A DNA stretch of 64,000 nucleotides from Trichoplax adhaerens (Eukaryota; Animalia; Placozoa): assembly GCF_000150275.1 (NCBI RefSeq), contig NW_002060977.1, positions 315,235-379,234 of the forward strand, given 5' to 3'. The notes below the pieces were generated by a model. The model was not told the origin of the DNA. It saw only the letters and a program-made list of their open reading frames with translations, and made no database searches. Of the stretch, positions 41,088-55,600 are shown piece after piece. Both the position numbers and the translations under genes were made by a program. Position 1 is the stretch's first letter, and each line of letters starts with the position of its first letter.

Positions 41088-42499
41088 TGCTTTTCAGTCT
41101 TCTTTATATTTCTAAAATATTGTAGATATCTTTACGATAAATGCTTTTGAGACGCTAATAGAGAAACTATCTGACGCAAAATTCTGATATTAAGAATGGA
41201 AATAAAAAACTATTTCCGTTATGCAGATACCGTAATGAAGTTATTCCAGATCTATTAGTTAAAGCTCTCGAAAGAATAATTTTAAATTTGTTTATGCTCC
41301 ACAGCAGCTTACTTGTGCTTATTGTAAATGATCATATCTATTACATAACATTTAAAATCGCAACATAGATAAGTTTATTTCCAATAGGCAAGGTAGTTGT
41401 TATAAGTGCTCAAACTGAAATGTTCTGCCATATTTTGTGAGCATTATTAAGACCCACTAAAACCTTAGGGGAATTCCAACGCTTACAGTTAAAGGTATAG
41501 GTAGCAATGGTTCCCGATAACACTTAATTATGATATAAGTATCAATCAAAATCAGCATATGTATTTCTACTAAAGATTCCCTGATTAATTTTCAAGTTAA
41601 GTAAAATTATATTTCTCGAATTTACAATACAGTCAACAAAATATAGGTCTAACGTATAGCTTTTCCTTTCGAATGCAGAAAATATTCAATTCGAAGTTAA
41701 TATTTACTGTGATAGGTTTCGAGTTATAATAAGATGAAATTAATACGAAGAAAAAAATAATTATGTTTTTATTTATTAAACTTTGCTCTATTGTAATATA
41801 ATAAATTTAATTTTCAGTATTGTCTAAGCATTTGATATCTAGCTCTCTCTCTGACTACTCTGAGAATCTATCACCAAAGTTTTTCTTAGGCTTGAGCCAA
41901 TCGGCTGTAAATTGTAATTGATAAGCCAATATCGCTTACTAAATCATTAACTGAATAAGGTAATAACTCACAGGCAGGAGTATTCACATTAATTTTGAAT
42001 TCCACTAGATAAATTACTAGTTTGTATATTTTATTAATGGCTTAAAATATCTAAATCAGTACTATTGTTAGTCTTGGTATACAGACAACATTTTAAATAA
42101 TTTTTTCTTTCCTTCTCGAATTATAATATCCTCATTTAATTTAAAATTATTTTAAAAGTGTTTTCTTGCTAATAACATCGGAACAACTTAATGTTCTAAT
42201 AGCTTTAACTACGTTTTGTGCACTTAACATACATTTCTATCAACCGTATGGTTCTTTCAAATCGCCGTTCAAATTAAAGTATAGGAAGAGCGACTAAATT
42301 AAGCTTTACAGTAGCTTGGTGAAAGACTACCATCAACCAGTAAATATTGAGAAAAAAAGATCCATATGCTTTATGTCTTCTTCTTAGACAAGTCTCTCAT
42401 AATTCAATGACCTTTTAAAATTTAACATACTTCAAGGCTTTTAAAAATAACAACTGAGAAAAATATGTCTAAAATGAAATTTATTTCCTGGTAAAATGT

Positions 42500-45000
42500 T
42501 TTGTAAGTCATTATCTTGTAAGGAAGCAATCGGGCCCCAGACTCGGACACCAAAACATAACAGGATCATTGTAGTGAATGTTATTAATAGGAGGAACATG
42601 AAATATTCATTTCACATAGGTAATAGCCTAGTCTTGCATAAAGAATACGGCACGAAATGATTTTTGCCTATGAACAAAATTGCAGACAGCGAAATAATAG
42701 TATAAGTTTCAAATACTTTCCGTTTTAGACCTTGCGTGAACAAAAACTTTTAGTGCCTTTATCTTGAAGAAATTAATACACCATGCTTCAGGGACTCTAA
42801 ACCTTACTGCCTCTCTAACAATTGTTCTATCATTCGAAATTGGTTATTTATTAATGAATGGAGTATTATAATAATCATCTCGCAAAATAATAAAATGTTA
42901 TGCTGATGTCAATGCCTTCGGCTTCAACTATTTAGGAGATTCGATCAGCCATGATAATGATTACCTCTAATGCTGACTTTAATTGATTTAATTTTGTTAC
43001 AATTTTATTATAATATCTTTAATACGTATAATTTAGAAAATTTATCCATTTTGATTTTATGAAATAAATTCTGCGCCATTTTAAGTTTCGATTCTATTGT
43101 ACTAACTACTTCCATTTTAATCTCGCTGATTTTTATTCGCATTTATGAAGCATACTCGAGCTTAAAGGCGTTTACCGTAAATCGCTGAATCAAATTATGT
43201 ATTAACATCTATCATAAGATACATTTTCCAAGAAATAGAGTCATCATGAAGAAATTTTCATTTTGCATCCTAAACTCTTAAAACTCTTATCGCCTAGTAT
43301 AATTAGACACCATATATAGCATCATCATACTTAATGTTCTATCTATCTCGTTATAAAATATCATATCGATATCACTGTCATAATTCAAGAAAAATTCGTC
43401 TAAGTTGATTCCACATGAATTTTTAATAATTTGTTCTACAAGTATAGTCTTTAAACGGTTCTCATTCATGGCGATAAAATATAGAGTGACAAAGACGTCC
43501 ATACGGTAATGTTGTAAATTACTAAAGTTAGGAAGTGTAGCAGTTACTAGAACGTCGATTCTAGACAAACACAATCGCTAATTCAGGTTATTTAAACTAA
43601 ATCTATTTGGACCATTTAATCCGCAAACAAATTACTAGTTTTTATATTCAGGTCTTTAATTACCGTAAAACAAAAATTTTTTCCTCCATATTTAAATAGT
43701 AACTGATGAATAACATTTTTATCGATTCTACGGATTGTAAATTTTTAGAAATACTGGTAGCTATCTCCGTCACCTTCACTGCGGGTTTATCTGCTATATC
43801 GTAGTCAATATCGCCAATAATGAATTCTTATATATTAATGATACTGCGCAGTGAATACCTGGAAATAACAAAGTCCTCCCGAACATATTGATACGTTAAT
43901 AATACTTTTAATTTTAGAAACATTTTTGGTGAATAACCCCGGTCAATTGATTTTGTCTGTATTAAACTGCAATTATAAGAGGTACAATTACCAGAACTTC
44001 GGTTAAATTATCATCTTGAAGCATTATTCTCCGATGAAATGTCTCGTTTGTTTTATTTTTGACTATTTCAATTCTTTGCTGAAATTTCATTATCAACAGC
44101 CGAAAATAGAATCAGTCTAACATTAGAAGCTAAAGTGACAACTTTCAACATTCTCTCATCTGATATAAATAGGCATTAATGCCTTAGCGACAGTCCTTAA
44201 TCTGATATTGATTCTTCACAATGATTTTCTGAACTTAAAAGAAAATTATTTTTAAGACGTGTTGAATAAAGTAAGATTAAAATACGCGTACAGTGACAAG
44301 TGAGTAATAAGACACTGTACCTGTAAATTCGCTCCTAAAGGTAATTATGGAATAGGTAATAAGGTTATTTTGGTTAGCGAGCAAGCTGAAATAGTCTCAA
44401 TTGTAGACTAAAACTCCATATTTACAGCTAAATTATTAAAATACCCTTCAAAAAACCAAACAATGGCGATACATTCGTAGTCACGTTCGTAAACCTAATC
44501 TAAGTATCTAGGGTAAAATTTTTCAATATCTTATAGCAAACAATGTCGAGATAGTCGCAATTATTTGACTTAACTTTGGCTTTCATGATGAAATCATGGA
44601 ATACCTTGAAGCAAAACAATACCGACATAGTCACAATCTTAAAATTAATCTCAGGGTTTATAGTAAAATTAATTAATACCTTAGTGCATCAGATCTAAGA
44701 GTTGCTCAAGAAAGATATTTCATCCAGCTGTACGTTACCTAATCTGAGATACCTTCCCTAGATTTAATTTTAGCGTTAAAACTGTTAGGCAATCTCTGCA
44801 GAGAAATCAAACTTTTACCATTTAATTAACCAATTTCTTAATACTAGTAAAATATGTTGACTTATGCATACGGATACAGCGTTGAATCTCTCAAAAGGCT
44901 GTAAAATCAACTTACTAATTCTAGTGAAACTTATACAACGGATGCTTTCGCATCTGTTGCTGCAAACTTTTTATTACTGTTGATCAATTCCCACTTTAAC
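42500..45000 (-). pseudogene. Decayed LRR (possibly LGR) relic on the minus strand
   Basis: Minus-strand fragments broken by stops and frameshifts: RYLRLGNVQLDEISFLSN (about 44750-44700), TLYFIAMNENRLKTI (ORF 43287-43574), LIHNLIQRFTVNAFK (about 43200), KMAQNLFHKIKMDKFSKLYVL (about 43080), LINNQFRMIEQ...GLESLKH (about 42850). Confidence 0.45.
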
Positions 45001-46691
45001 AAGTAGATTGTTACGCCGATACTATCTCACCGCAATGCGCGATGCTTAGCGAAATAGTTTACTTATTACATTACAAAACATTTTATACTTTAAACGCCTT
45101 GTACTGTAATACGTAATCGTAACTAATTCCAACTAATTTGGAATTATAGTTAATTATTAAAAGACACTTATTGTGCTAATTGTACTAATAAAAGTGCTTA
45201 ATTATAATTTCTTAGCTAATACGTCTAGTGATGTAATATTGTACGTGACTAATTCATATTCGATTATTGTTAAAAATCTCCTTTGTAACAAGAAACCGGG
45301 TCTTAAAGACTGTCTTCACTAGTACTCGTGTTCCCAACTAACTTAGGGACCTATCGTAGTTAAACTAACTCTCAGCTACACAAATAAGCTACTAATGAGT
45401 AATAGATTTAAATACTTCACTTTGTTTTCGTTAAACTTAGTCGTAAAATGTACTAAAGAAAAACGTACGAATATTCTTAGCAATAATAGTCAAAAGATCC
45501 TGCAAGTGACCAACTGGAACTAAACAGCTAAGCTAGTGTTCGGCTTTTTATAGTCTCGTCCAACGCCGATGGTGCACTTGTGAATATTCTTGACATAGCG
45601 ACTTACACTGTACAGTATACATATCCTAGCATAGCAACTAGAGCCTCAAGGCTCTACAAAGTAATTGACTTTACACTTAAGGTGTTATTAATTAACGTTT
45701 ACTGACTAAGCGTGGTAGCTCCGACACGTCAACAATATTGAACTTTCTGATATCTTGGCAATAAGAAGTACTTATTAATAAACATTAATATCTGACAAGC
45801 TACTGGAGCAAACAATAATTTAAATGAGATATTTTAATTAATATAACAATTAATATTTCGGAGCATAGCTCTTTAACAATTGTATATTATGGCTTGGCGA
45901 TCTTGAGAGTAAGCATATTGTAATCAAATTGCCTCGTATGATATTAATTAGGTCTTAGGGTATAAATTCACTTCCTAATTACATAAATGCTATCGATACT
46001 AATTGTAAGTTCTAACTACCGCAAAAATAAGGTACCATACATAAGCTCAACTGTTTTTACAATAAAGTTTACCTTCATTGTAGTATTTAATTAACGTAAA
46101 ATTAAAGGCGTACCAATCACTGAGAATGTACTGAATTAGGGATAAGTGCTCCCAACTGACTTTTAGATATACTTTAATGCCCTGACAAGTACAATAATTT
46201 AAGGAGAAAATTTATTTATAGATTTCACTTTTTCGCTATGTAATCGTAGAGTTGGTTTGTGGTAATTATTCATTCGCAGATCTTTGTAGATTTGCTATGA
46301 GTCCACCGTACGAGTATACAAGTATATACCCTGGAAATTGTAACTAATTGGTAACCTTATTACATGCTGAATATTTAAGTATTGCTGAATAAACAAAATT
46401 GATATTGCAAACTTTAAAAATTATGATACAAATTACAAACGGCAAGGCTATCCTCGTTATCTAGCATTAAAGTATTCGTGCCATGGCTACCGATTAAACT
46501 GGACCATAACTTCGAATTGCTTATTTCAGATTTCGAATTAAGTTGGGATCAATCTATCTAATTCCTCTTTTTTATAGTCACTTATGGTCACGACCAGTGC
46601 AAGTCAGTTTCCACGAATAAAAATAAATGCTGCAGAGATGGAAATAATTTAATATGTCAGAATATTCTACCTTTGAACAATTCTGATGCAG

Positions 46692-49600
46692 GAAGAAATA
46701 TCTCTAACGCGGATACCTTACTTCATTTGTAAGTTTTTAGATACACAAGTTTATCAGCGAACATTTAAATACGCTTAGCAAGAATGTTCAGGCATAGTTT
46801 AAGTAATTTTTTACCTTGTTTTTAATATAATAATCTTTCAGTATTATATAGCTAGAGTATATTATGCAATACCAGATGGAAATACCATTAATTCTAGTGT
46901 CAAACATTACTACGTTTTTTTATCCTTTTGTTGTGATAGTCTAAAATTACTCGTTGGCTTTGCTAAATATGAAATTACATTCCGTGAACAATTAAATTAC
47001 TTAATGATATTAAACCTATAACTTACATCTAGAATGATTCAGAATGTGAAATTAAACTATTTGGATACGATCAGTTCCTGTCACTGCTATCAATCTATGT
47101 AAGTATTAATACTGTTTTCGTATGTTTGATGCCACGGAAAATGCAACGGTAATTGCAATACTGCATTTGCTCTAAATTTCAGAACTCCGATTTGTACTGC
47201 TGATTACTATATAATGACTGCTTAAAATTTAATAATATTTAATAAATTTTCTTCATAATCCAATCTTCATGTTGACGTAGCATGTTCCGCAAAATTGATG
47301 TCAACATTATTGATGGCAAAGCTTTTGACAAATGCACGAACTTAAAATCTTTGTAAGTCATTAATTGCCCAATCCACTTTAGTAAATATTAATAGTTATA
47401 TCGTACTTCAGTATAGGTGGAAAAGTGTTACTTGATGACAAATGCTATTTAATTGCATTTCAATTGATATTCAGCTCTCCTTCGTTCTGTCACTAGAAAA
47501 TTTCGATATTCTAGAATTAATAGCATATTAGCTAACACATTCTCATCCATCTTAAGCCTACAATCATTGTAAGTAGAAGGTATCCTAGCGAAATCAGGTC
47601 TACTTGAAATCTAAATATCATGAATAAAACATTTAGTTTATTAATAATAGACATGCAATTTAAATTACATAATCACATCAATTTTCAAAGTTATAGCAGT
47701 TTAAAATCAAGTAAAAGGCAAGCGTATACGATGTTGCATAGATAAATTGTACTAATCTCTTACCTTTAAATTTTAGAGAATTAATTGATGTTCGTATTGG
47801 TAACGAAATAACGCTAGCTTTCGATAATTTAGCAAATCTTACCAACATGTAAGANNNNNNNNNNNNNNNNNNNNNNNNNNNNNNNNNNNNNNNNNNNNNN
47901 NNNNNNNNNNNNNNNNNNNNNNNNNNNNNNNNNNNNNNNNNNNNNNNNNNNNNNNNNNNNNNNNNNNNNNNNNNNNNNNNNNNNNNNNNNNNNNNNNNNN
48001 NNNNNNNNNNNNNNNNNNNNNNNNNNNNNNNNNNNNNNNNNNNNNNNNNNNNNNNNNNNNNNNNNNNNNNNNNNNNNNNNNNNNNNNNNNNNNNNNNNNN
48101 NNNNNNNNNNNNNNNNNNNNNNNNNNNNNNNNNNNNNNNNNNNNNNNNNNNNNNNNNNNNNNNNNNNNNNNNNNNNNNNNNNNNNNNNNNNNNNNNNNNN
48201 NNNNNNNNNNNNNNNNNNNNNNNNNNNNNNNNNNNNNNNNNNNNNNATGAAAAGACAAGTTATAAACTACAAATGATCAAATACTGTCATAAGTATTCCT
48301 CATTCTAATAATGTGCCTCTCAAATCTCTAAAAAACACTCTTCTAAAAACTTTCTCAGCTATAAAGTTTTAATTCTGATAAATTGTACAATATATTTAAG
48401 TTGTAGATGATAAAACTGATTCTAGCCGGCGTAGTATGATCAGTGTAATGACTTTGTCTATCATAGAACTCCCTAGTATGTTATGATATATCAAGTTATA
48501 GCTGAGAATACCGCTACATTATTTAAATTCGGTCAACATCGACTTTAGTCAGGCTATCTGAAATAAAATTACACCTAGGCCTCAAGGAATAAGTATTATA
48601 AGATGTATTCCTTTAACTAATGAAAGCAACCTATATTCAATAACCTCACAAAATCTTAAATTTTAACCCGTTCATGGATGTAATACTAAGTGGATTGCTC
48701 CTGATCTCGTGTCTAACTGTAATCCAAACTTTAATGACACAATAGGATTTTAAACTATAATAAAGTCTTAGATGGTAGAGGTGACATTCAGGATTTCTTT
48801 GACAATCACCTTCCAATGCTAAAGGAAATGTGAGTGTCATTATTTCCTGTCCTAGTTGAAATGATTAAGAAATCTTCAAGTTTGAATTATAAGCCATCAA
48901 TAAACAAACCGCTGTTAAAGCATGTAATCTTCTGATGTTCTAGCGATCTGGGGTACTCTAATATTGAGAGTATTTACCCGAACAAGTTCAAGCACCTTTA
49001 TGAAGTTCAACGTTTGTAAGTTGCCAATATGTTATTTACATCGTTATAATAATTAAGTAGCTATAGATAAATAAAGCGACTTGAAAGAATTATTATTAGT
49101 ACAAACTTTCAGTTCTCCAGTCTATCCTAGTTTTCAAGCTTGCAAATAAAATGAGTGGATGATCATTCATACTGTATCAATCGAATTTTAATTGCTACTT
49201 TGAATTCAGTAATTTAAGCTAATAGCATTTATCATTTATTCCCTTCAATTTACTCATTGACAGTTTGCGTGAATGCCATGATTCGATGTTAAGACACTGC
49301 ATTGTAAAGATTAGAATGTTAATGTTTATGATCATATTACAAACCAGCTCTGCGATAACATTTATGTAAAAACAAATTTCTAAATTTCTAAAGTTTTCGG
49401 GATTCAGTATCTCTTAACTACTCACAAGAACGAAGACGACTTTGCATCTACATTACAAAACTAGAGAACCGATTTTATTCAATAGTCTGCTGAGCTTAAA
49501 TATCTTTCGGCAGCCGCTAAAACATTAATGAATCATCTTACACCAATAATTATCAATATGGATATCTACTGACTGATTTCACCTACAGTAATCGGACTAT

Positions 49601-52600
49601 AGTATATCCTCTCATACAGTCTTTTCAATACACCTAGAATCTAACATTAGGCAGAATTTCAATAACAAGAGTTTGTACTGTATGCCATTACTATATAAGA
49701 ATTGCATTGCAGTCTAACATATAATTTACTGTTACAAATTATAACTTCAGCGATTCCTACTGTAAGTGATTATAATTACCATACAAAAATGTTAATTCAC
49801 TAAATTTAGTCATTTATTTCTTCAAAGTAGTTCGAACCTTGACAAAGCCGGTAGATTTTACGTTAATTAGAGAACGTTCTATGTAAGGACATAATATAAC
49901 CTAAGTATCTAGTCATTAGATATTAATATATTTAAATACCACTATCTTTATTAAATATTTGAATGTAAAATCGCCATCTAATTCATTGGAAAGCTTAACG
50001 CCTAGCTAACCAACTAGGACGCATGAACTATATAGAAGTGTTCAATCTATGCAAATCACGATCCATTGTATAATAACTAGACTTCTAAAGAATCAATATT
50101 TAACGTAGACGGAGTGGTATTTAAGTCATTCCTGTTTGTAGAGCAATAGTACTCCTGATAAAGCGAATATTATGCCCTAATACCTTGTATAGTAACATGA
50201 CCTATAAATCGTAAACTACGTTACTTTATTGCAAAACAGTTTCTTGATTTTCCACCATTGCACAAAAACGCTAGCATGAACAGGATGAACCCATTTTAAT
50301 CTTTTCCAAAGGCATTCTACTAGTATGACTTTATGAATAAAAGTTCTAAGTCACATTCATTTTACTTAAAGGTCCATTAGCCATAACATCATTAAGGAGT
50401 TGAAAAACAATGCATTCTTTCCATTTGCCAGTTTAGAAATATTGTAAGTTAAAACCAAATTATATAGTAAATTAAATTTTCCCTAATAATATTCATTACA
50501 TATGCTTATTTGATAAAACTGGTATAAATTGTATTAAAGAATGCAATAATATCAAGTCTTAAGTTTAATCATCATATTCTTCAAGGTTACTGTCAGTTCT
50601 TATTTCTTAAGTTAATGTAATTTCCTAACAGAGAACTACAGTGTAATGAAATAGCAACAATTGAAGCCGGAGCATTTAATGGACTGGATAATTTAAGGCA
50701 TTTGTAAGCTTATAGATAATACAATGTATGATAACTCTCAGATCAACGCTGCCAAAGTGCAAATTCCTGGCGATTTAAAAATTTAGCAGCTCAAAATTAC
50801 AGCTATGAATAGGACTCTAAGATAGTATTAAGTATAGCTAATCAAGGCTTTAAAATCATCTTATTTAATATCTAGAAATTTAGAATGGAATAAGATCGCG
50901 ATTATGGAAATTAGCGTCTTGGACGTACTTCCAAATTTGATTACTTTGTAAGAAATTCAAAGTTCATCAGAATTTTCACTATTTTGCTCTATATTACGAG
51001 AGAATGGTCCACTAAAACCATTGCATTAGCTATAATTAAATTCTAATCAAAATAATTACCAACTTGTATCTAGGAAAGGCAGCCACAACCAAGTAAAAAA
51101 TTGGATAGTTCAGAATCAGACCGAATTAATGCATCTGTAAATAACTATTTATCAGATTGTTTTCTATTCCTCAAATTGAACTGTTTAAATCATCTACAAG
51201 TATTTCTAGTTGTATTAAATCTGTTTTTTCTAATTCTCCAATAATTCTAATCCCAAATGATTCAGAGTAAAACAATTCATTAGAGGGCTCTCATTAATAG
51301 AAGTCTTCAACTGCAGAATATAATCTCAAGTACAAAAGACAGATTACGTTACCTTAACTGCTCATATCCTTAGCCCTTTTACAACCCGAAGATCGTAACA
51401 AGAATTACTGAACAAAATCTCTTAACTTCTAGACTCAGTATAAGAACGAAAATTCTACGATTACTATAGTTTCCTACGAAACTTAAAATGGAGTATCCTT
51501 TTGTATTAACAACATGACCATACTTGTATTTGTATTATTAGCTCCATAATATTGACCACGTTACTATAGCCTACGCGATAACACACAGTATCATATTACT
51601 CTAGTATTACATTTAATGCTGTCACTAGGCAATAGTTTAAACTCCTATCTGATTAGTATCTAGAGATCTAAGATCGTATAACTCTACCTTTATTTTTAAA
51701 ACTGATCCTCATTATATAGACCACAGAATACACATAAACATATTGTTTTAACTTAGATATCAAGAGGTATCATGACAAACACGAAGACATATACTCTTAG
51801 ATAAATCTGATTCAGCATCACCTACTGTCTAAATTAACTATTCACGCCTTTGAAATTGCGCTTATCATTACAAAACTACGGTCAATACTTTATACCAAAC
51901 TTGGTGTTCAAATCGAATAACATGAGCTATATATGTAACCTTTCTAAATATCTACATATCCAATTGAATAACCTAACCTAAGAAAGTACTGTTTACCATA
52001 TGTAACTTCACAAAATACGACAGATGCTGTGAACTTATTAGTACATTTCTGTTTACTGTTGCTAATCGAAATTTGTTACCGGAGAATTTAAAACCATTGA
52101 TTGCCAATATACATTACCAGCCTACCACCAGGTCTGTCTTCCCTTGCATCTACTTACAATATGGAAGTAAATATTAACGCTCTCTTCATTGTCAGAACAT
52201 TACAGTAAACTATACGCCTCTTTAGACAATACTGAATCCAAAGTTCATATTAAGATCAACGTTATATAATTAATCTAAATAGCTATCCATTATCTTTACA
52301 CACAAAAAATTATAAAATTAGCAGTTATCTATTATAAAATGTAAGGCATAATAGATAAAGAATTTTAATAAATTCCTACTTAATTAAACCATATTTTGAA
52401 AACTATGCTCTGCTGTAACTTCGCAACAATAACATAGTTACATGACCATTTTTGTATTTCCCCTACGAAATATAATGAGATTAATTTTATAATTTTTTTC
52501 CCTTAGAAACTTAGATCATAATCGTATCAATAATATCTTAAAAGATGATTTAAAGTATCTAGCCGGATTAATTAAAATGTAAGGGAGAATTTATTTCAAT

Positions 52601-55600
52601 TTTTGCATAACTTTAATGCTACAGCAAATAAAATTGGGTAGCTTATGATTTTTTATTAGCAACCTAGCAGAAAATGAAATTAAAGAAATTAGCCAAGAAA
52701 GTTTTCAGAATCTTGTCGATGTAGTAGACATGTAAGAACCTACATAGTACTGCATATGCCTACATTTCAACAAAAATTTATTTCATCTGCTGTAAACTTC
52801 AATATAATATTCAAAACTGATAACCTTTCGTCAATTAAGTAAGTTCTTTATCTAACGATTTACAGTTGTTTAAATGAAAACTCAATCAGTCGTTTAGATC
52901 AAAACATGTTTCATGATTTGCCGGAATTAAAATACCTGTAAGATATACCTGATATCATAATAAATATATAGTATCTATTTTAATACTTTGGCACAGATCT
53001 ATAAACTAACTTTGATCATAATTTTATTAGCTGCAACCTTGTATATTGGCTTCATAACGTAAAATTTATAAATATGTTTATCCATCAAAAGGCGACTAAA
53101 CAGAAATAACATCAGCCTAATTACTAATCCATTCCGAAATTTGCCTAAATTACATTTATTGTACGGTTGACTTGTGAATAGAAATTTAAATCTTATTATG
53201 CAGAGCCTTTACTGCATTTTCCCATTTTTATTAATTTAGCTTCAATGTATCAACTAATCAAATAACTTTCCATCATTATTTTTCTAGGGATTTAAGTTTC
53301 AATAAAATCGGTACTGATTTCATATCTAGCAGTGTCTTTCAGAATTTAACTTCCATTGAAATTTTGTAAGAGTTACTTAAATGATCTCTAAAAATATATC
53401 GTATTTTCATGCAAAAATGGTAAAATTAACAGTAAGATGTAAGATATTAGCTTAACCTTGTGAGTTTTTAATAAATTAAAAGTTTAATGCTTACATTAAT
53501 ATTTACATTAATGTACAAATAATCATGTTATGAGCTTAAGCTTGCTAATGATTTATTCTAGTTAAGTTGAAGCTCTAAAATATTTTAAATACAATTGCAG
53601 AAATTTGGAAAACAACCAGATTCGGGATTTAAAAACAATTTCCTTTCGAGACCTAATAAATCTACAAATTTTGTGAGAGAATGAAACCGGATATTTTGTA
53701 TACTACTCATATAATTTACATTGATCTTAATTTATGAACGATAAAATGCAGAACATACTTTTCTATACTTATACTTGGTAAAATTTTAGGTGTCTTCGTA
53801 ACAATTTGGTATCGAAAATTCCGCCTTATACTTTTCAAGACCTAAGAAAGTTGCAAAAGCTGTGAGAAAGTTTCTCCTTTAAGTTATGATTAGCAACAGC
53901 CTTAACAAATGACTTTCTTAATACGTAATTCAAAGCAGTAAAGCTATAAATTAATATTCTTATTGATATTTTAGGATTGTAAAATCTATTCGGGATTGAA
54001 CAACTTAAGTGATATTATGACAATGATTGTATAATTATACAGGCAATTACAGCAAAATAATATCATATCATTGATAGAAAATCAACTTGAAGGTTTAAAT
54101 AACCTGCAGATATTGTATGAATATTTTTATTGATAATTAAAATTTAACTCAAATATAAATCAACAGTTATCATACAGCATATCATCAGGCCATTCTTATT
54201 CTAGAACATTAAATTAGCTAATGGATATATTTTTCTCTGAAGAAATTTAGGCAACAATCCGCTAAATCACATTTCTGGAAATTCCTTAGCAAACTTAAGA
54301 AACTTAACATACCTGTAAGCATCTAAATTTTAGAACTTGTTTATAAAGTTATTAGTTTAGATATAAAAATCATATTCTAAGTTCTTTACTCTATAAACTT
54401 AACCAGTATATTTCATGCACATCGGTGATTTATCGGTAAGAACTTTAATTTAATGTGATTGAAGCACCTATACTTAAAAGATAAAAAATAAGAATTTCAG
54501 TATCGAATTCTGATTAAAAGAGTAGGCATAAAGGGATAAAAGTCCGAAAACGAAAATTATAAAGTTGTAGAGAACTAGAACTTTATTAGAACAAAGACAA
54601 GCTACAAACGGCTCTACCCTAACACAATACAACTTCTGAGAGACTTCTAGAAAGAGCAATCAGATAATTTAATGTCTCCTGATATTATACTCTTGTTACA
54701 GTGTTAAATACTGTATTACAGTAGAAATAACTATGTTAGGATAATTCTGTTAGACTATCCTTATTTAGTTAACTTCTAATTTGGATATACTGTATTTTAA
54801 TATAGCACTGACTTTTTATGACAGTGACACTTATACACATACTGAAATTATAATAGTTATAATAGGGAATGCAAATCATCTGCTTACAGTTCGAATCATT
54901 GTGATTGTAATTTACTTATGGTAGACTGTAAATTATCATAAATATGTTCCGTGATAGGACATATCGTAATCTGACTATTCTGTATTAGTCATTACATGTC
55001 TATGTTCGTAAATACTGTTGTCTGCATTAAGGGAGCAGTAGCTAAAATTAATATCTAATTCAGTAAATGATTCTAATGTTAATTGTATTAACTATGACTC
55101 ATGAACTATTGAGGAATAGTATATAAATGCAGTATATCGTGAAATAAAGAAGAATTGTCCAACTTAGTGTTTAACGTAAAATACGAGGCGTTTAAGTCTT
55201 TGTGTAGTCTGCTAGTAGAGCAAAAGTGTTTGTGATAGTGCAGATATCGTTCCTTGATACGTGGTTCAAGGAATTGACTTATTGATCGTATATTGCGTTA
55301 TCTTGTTGCAAAGCTGTTTTGTGACAACTCTCCATGTCTTGCACAGCTGCAATCAGCATGGCAGCATTCTATCATATTTTACACCTATTCAGCTTATTAT
55401 TAGGCAAAATATTTTATTGCGAACCGTCATTAATCTAATATAAAAATGATTACAGTATTTTAGTACACATTATTCCTACCACTCTAAGTACAATGAATTA
55501 AGGATATTCTAATAAAGGATTTACGATTCTATTTCTGCCATCTAACCTTATTAGTAGCTCATCATCTTACTGCATATAGCCATCTGTACTTTAGCATAGA

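Noticed and set aside
47839-48258. 139-aa ORF
   Set aside because: Artefact of the N gap.
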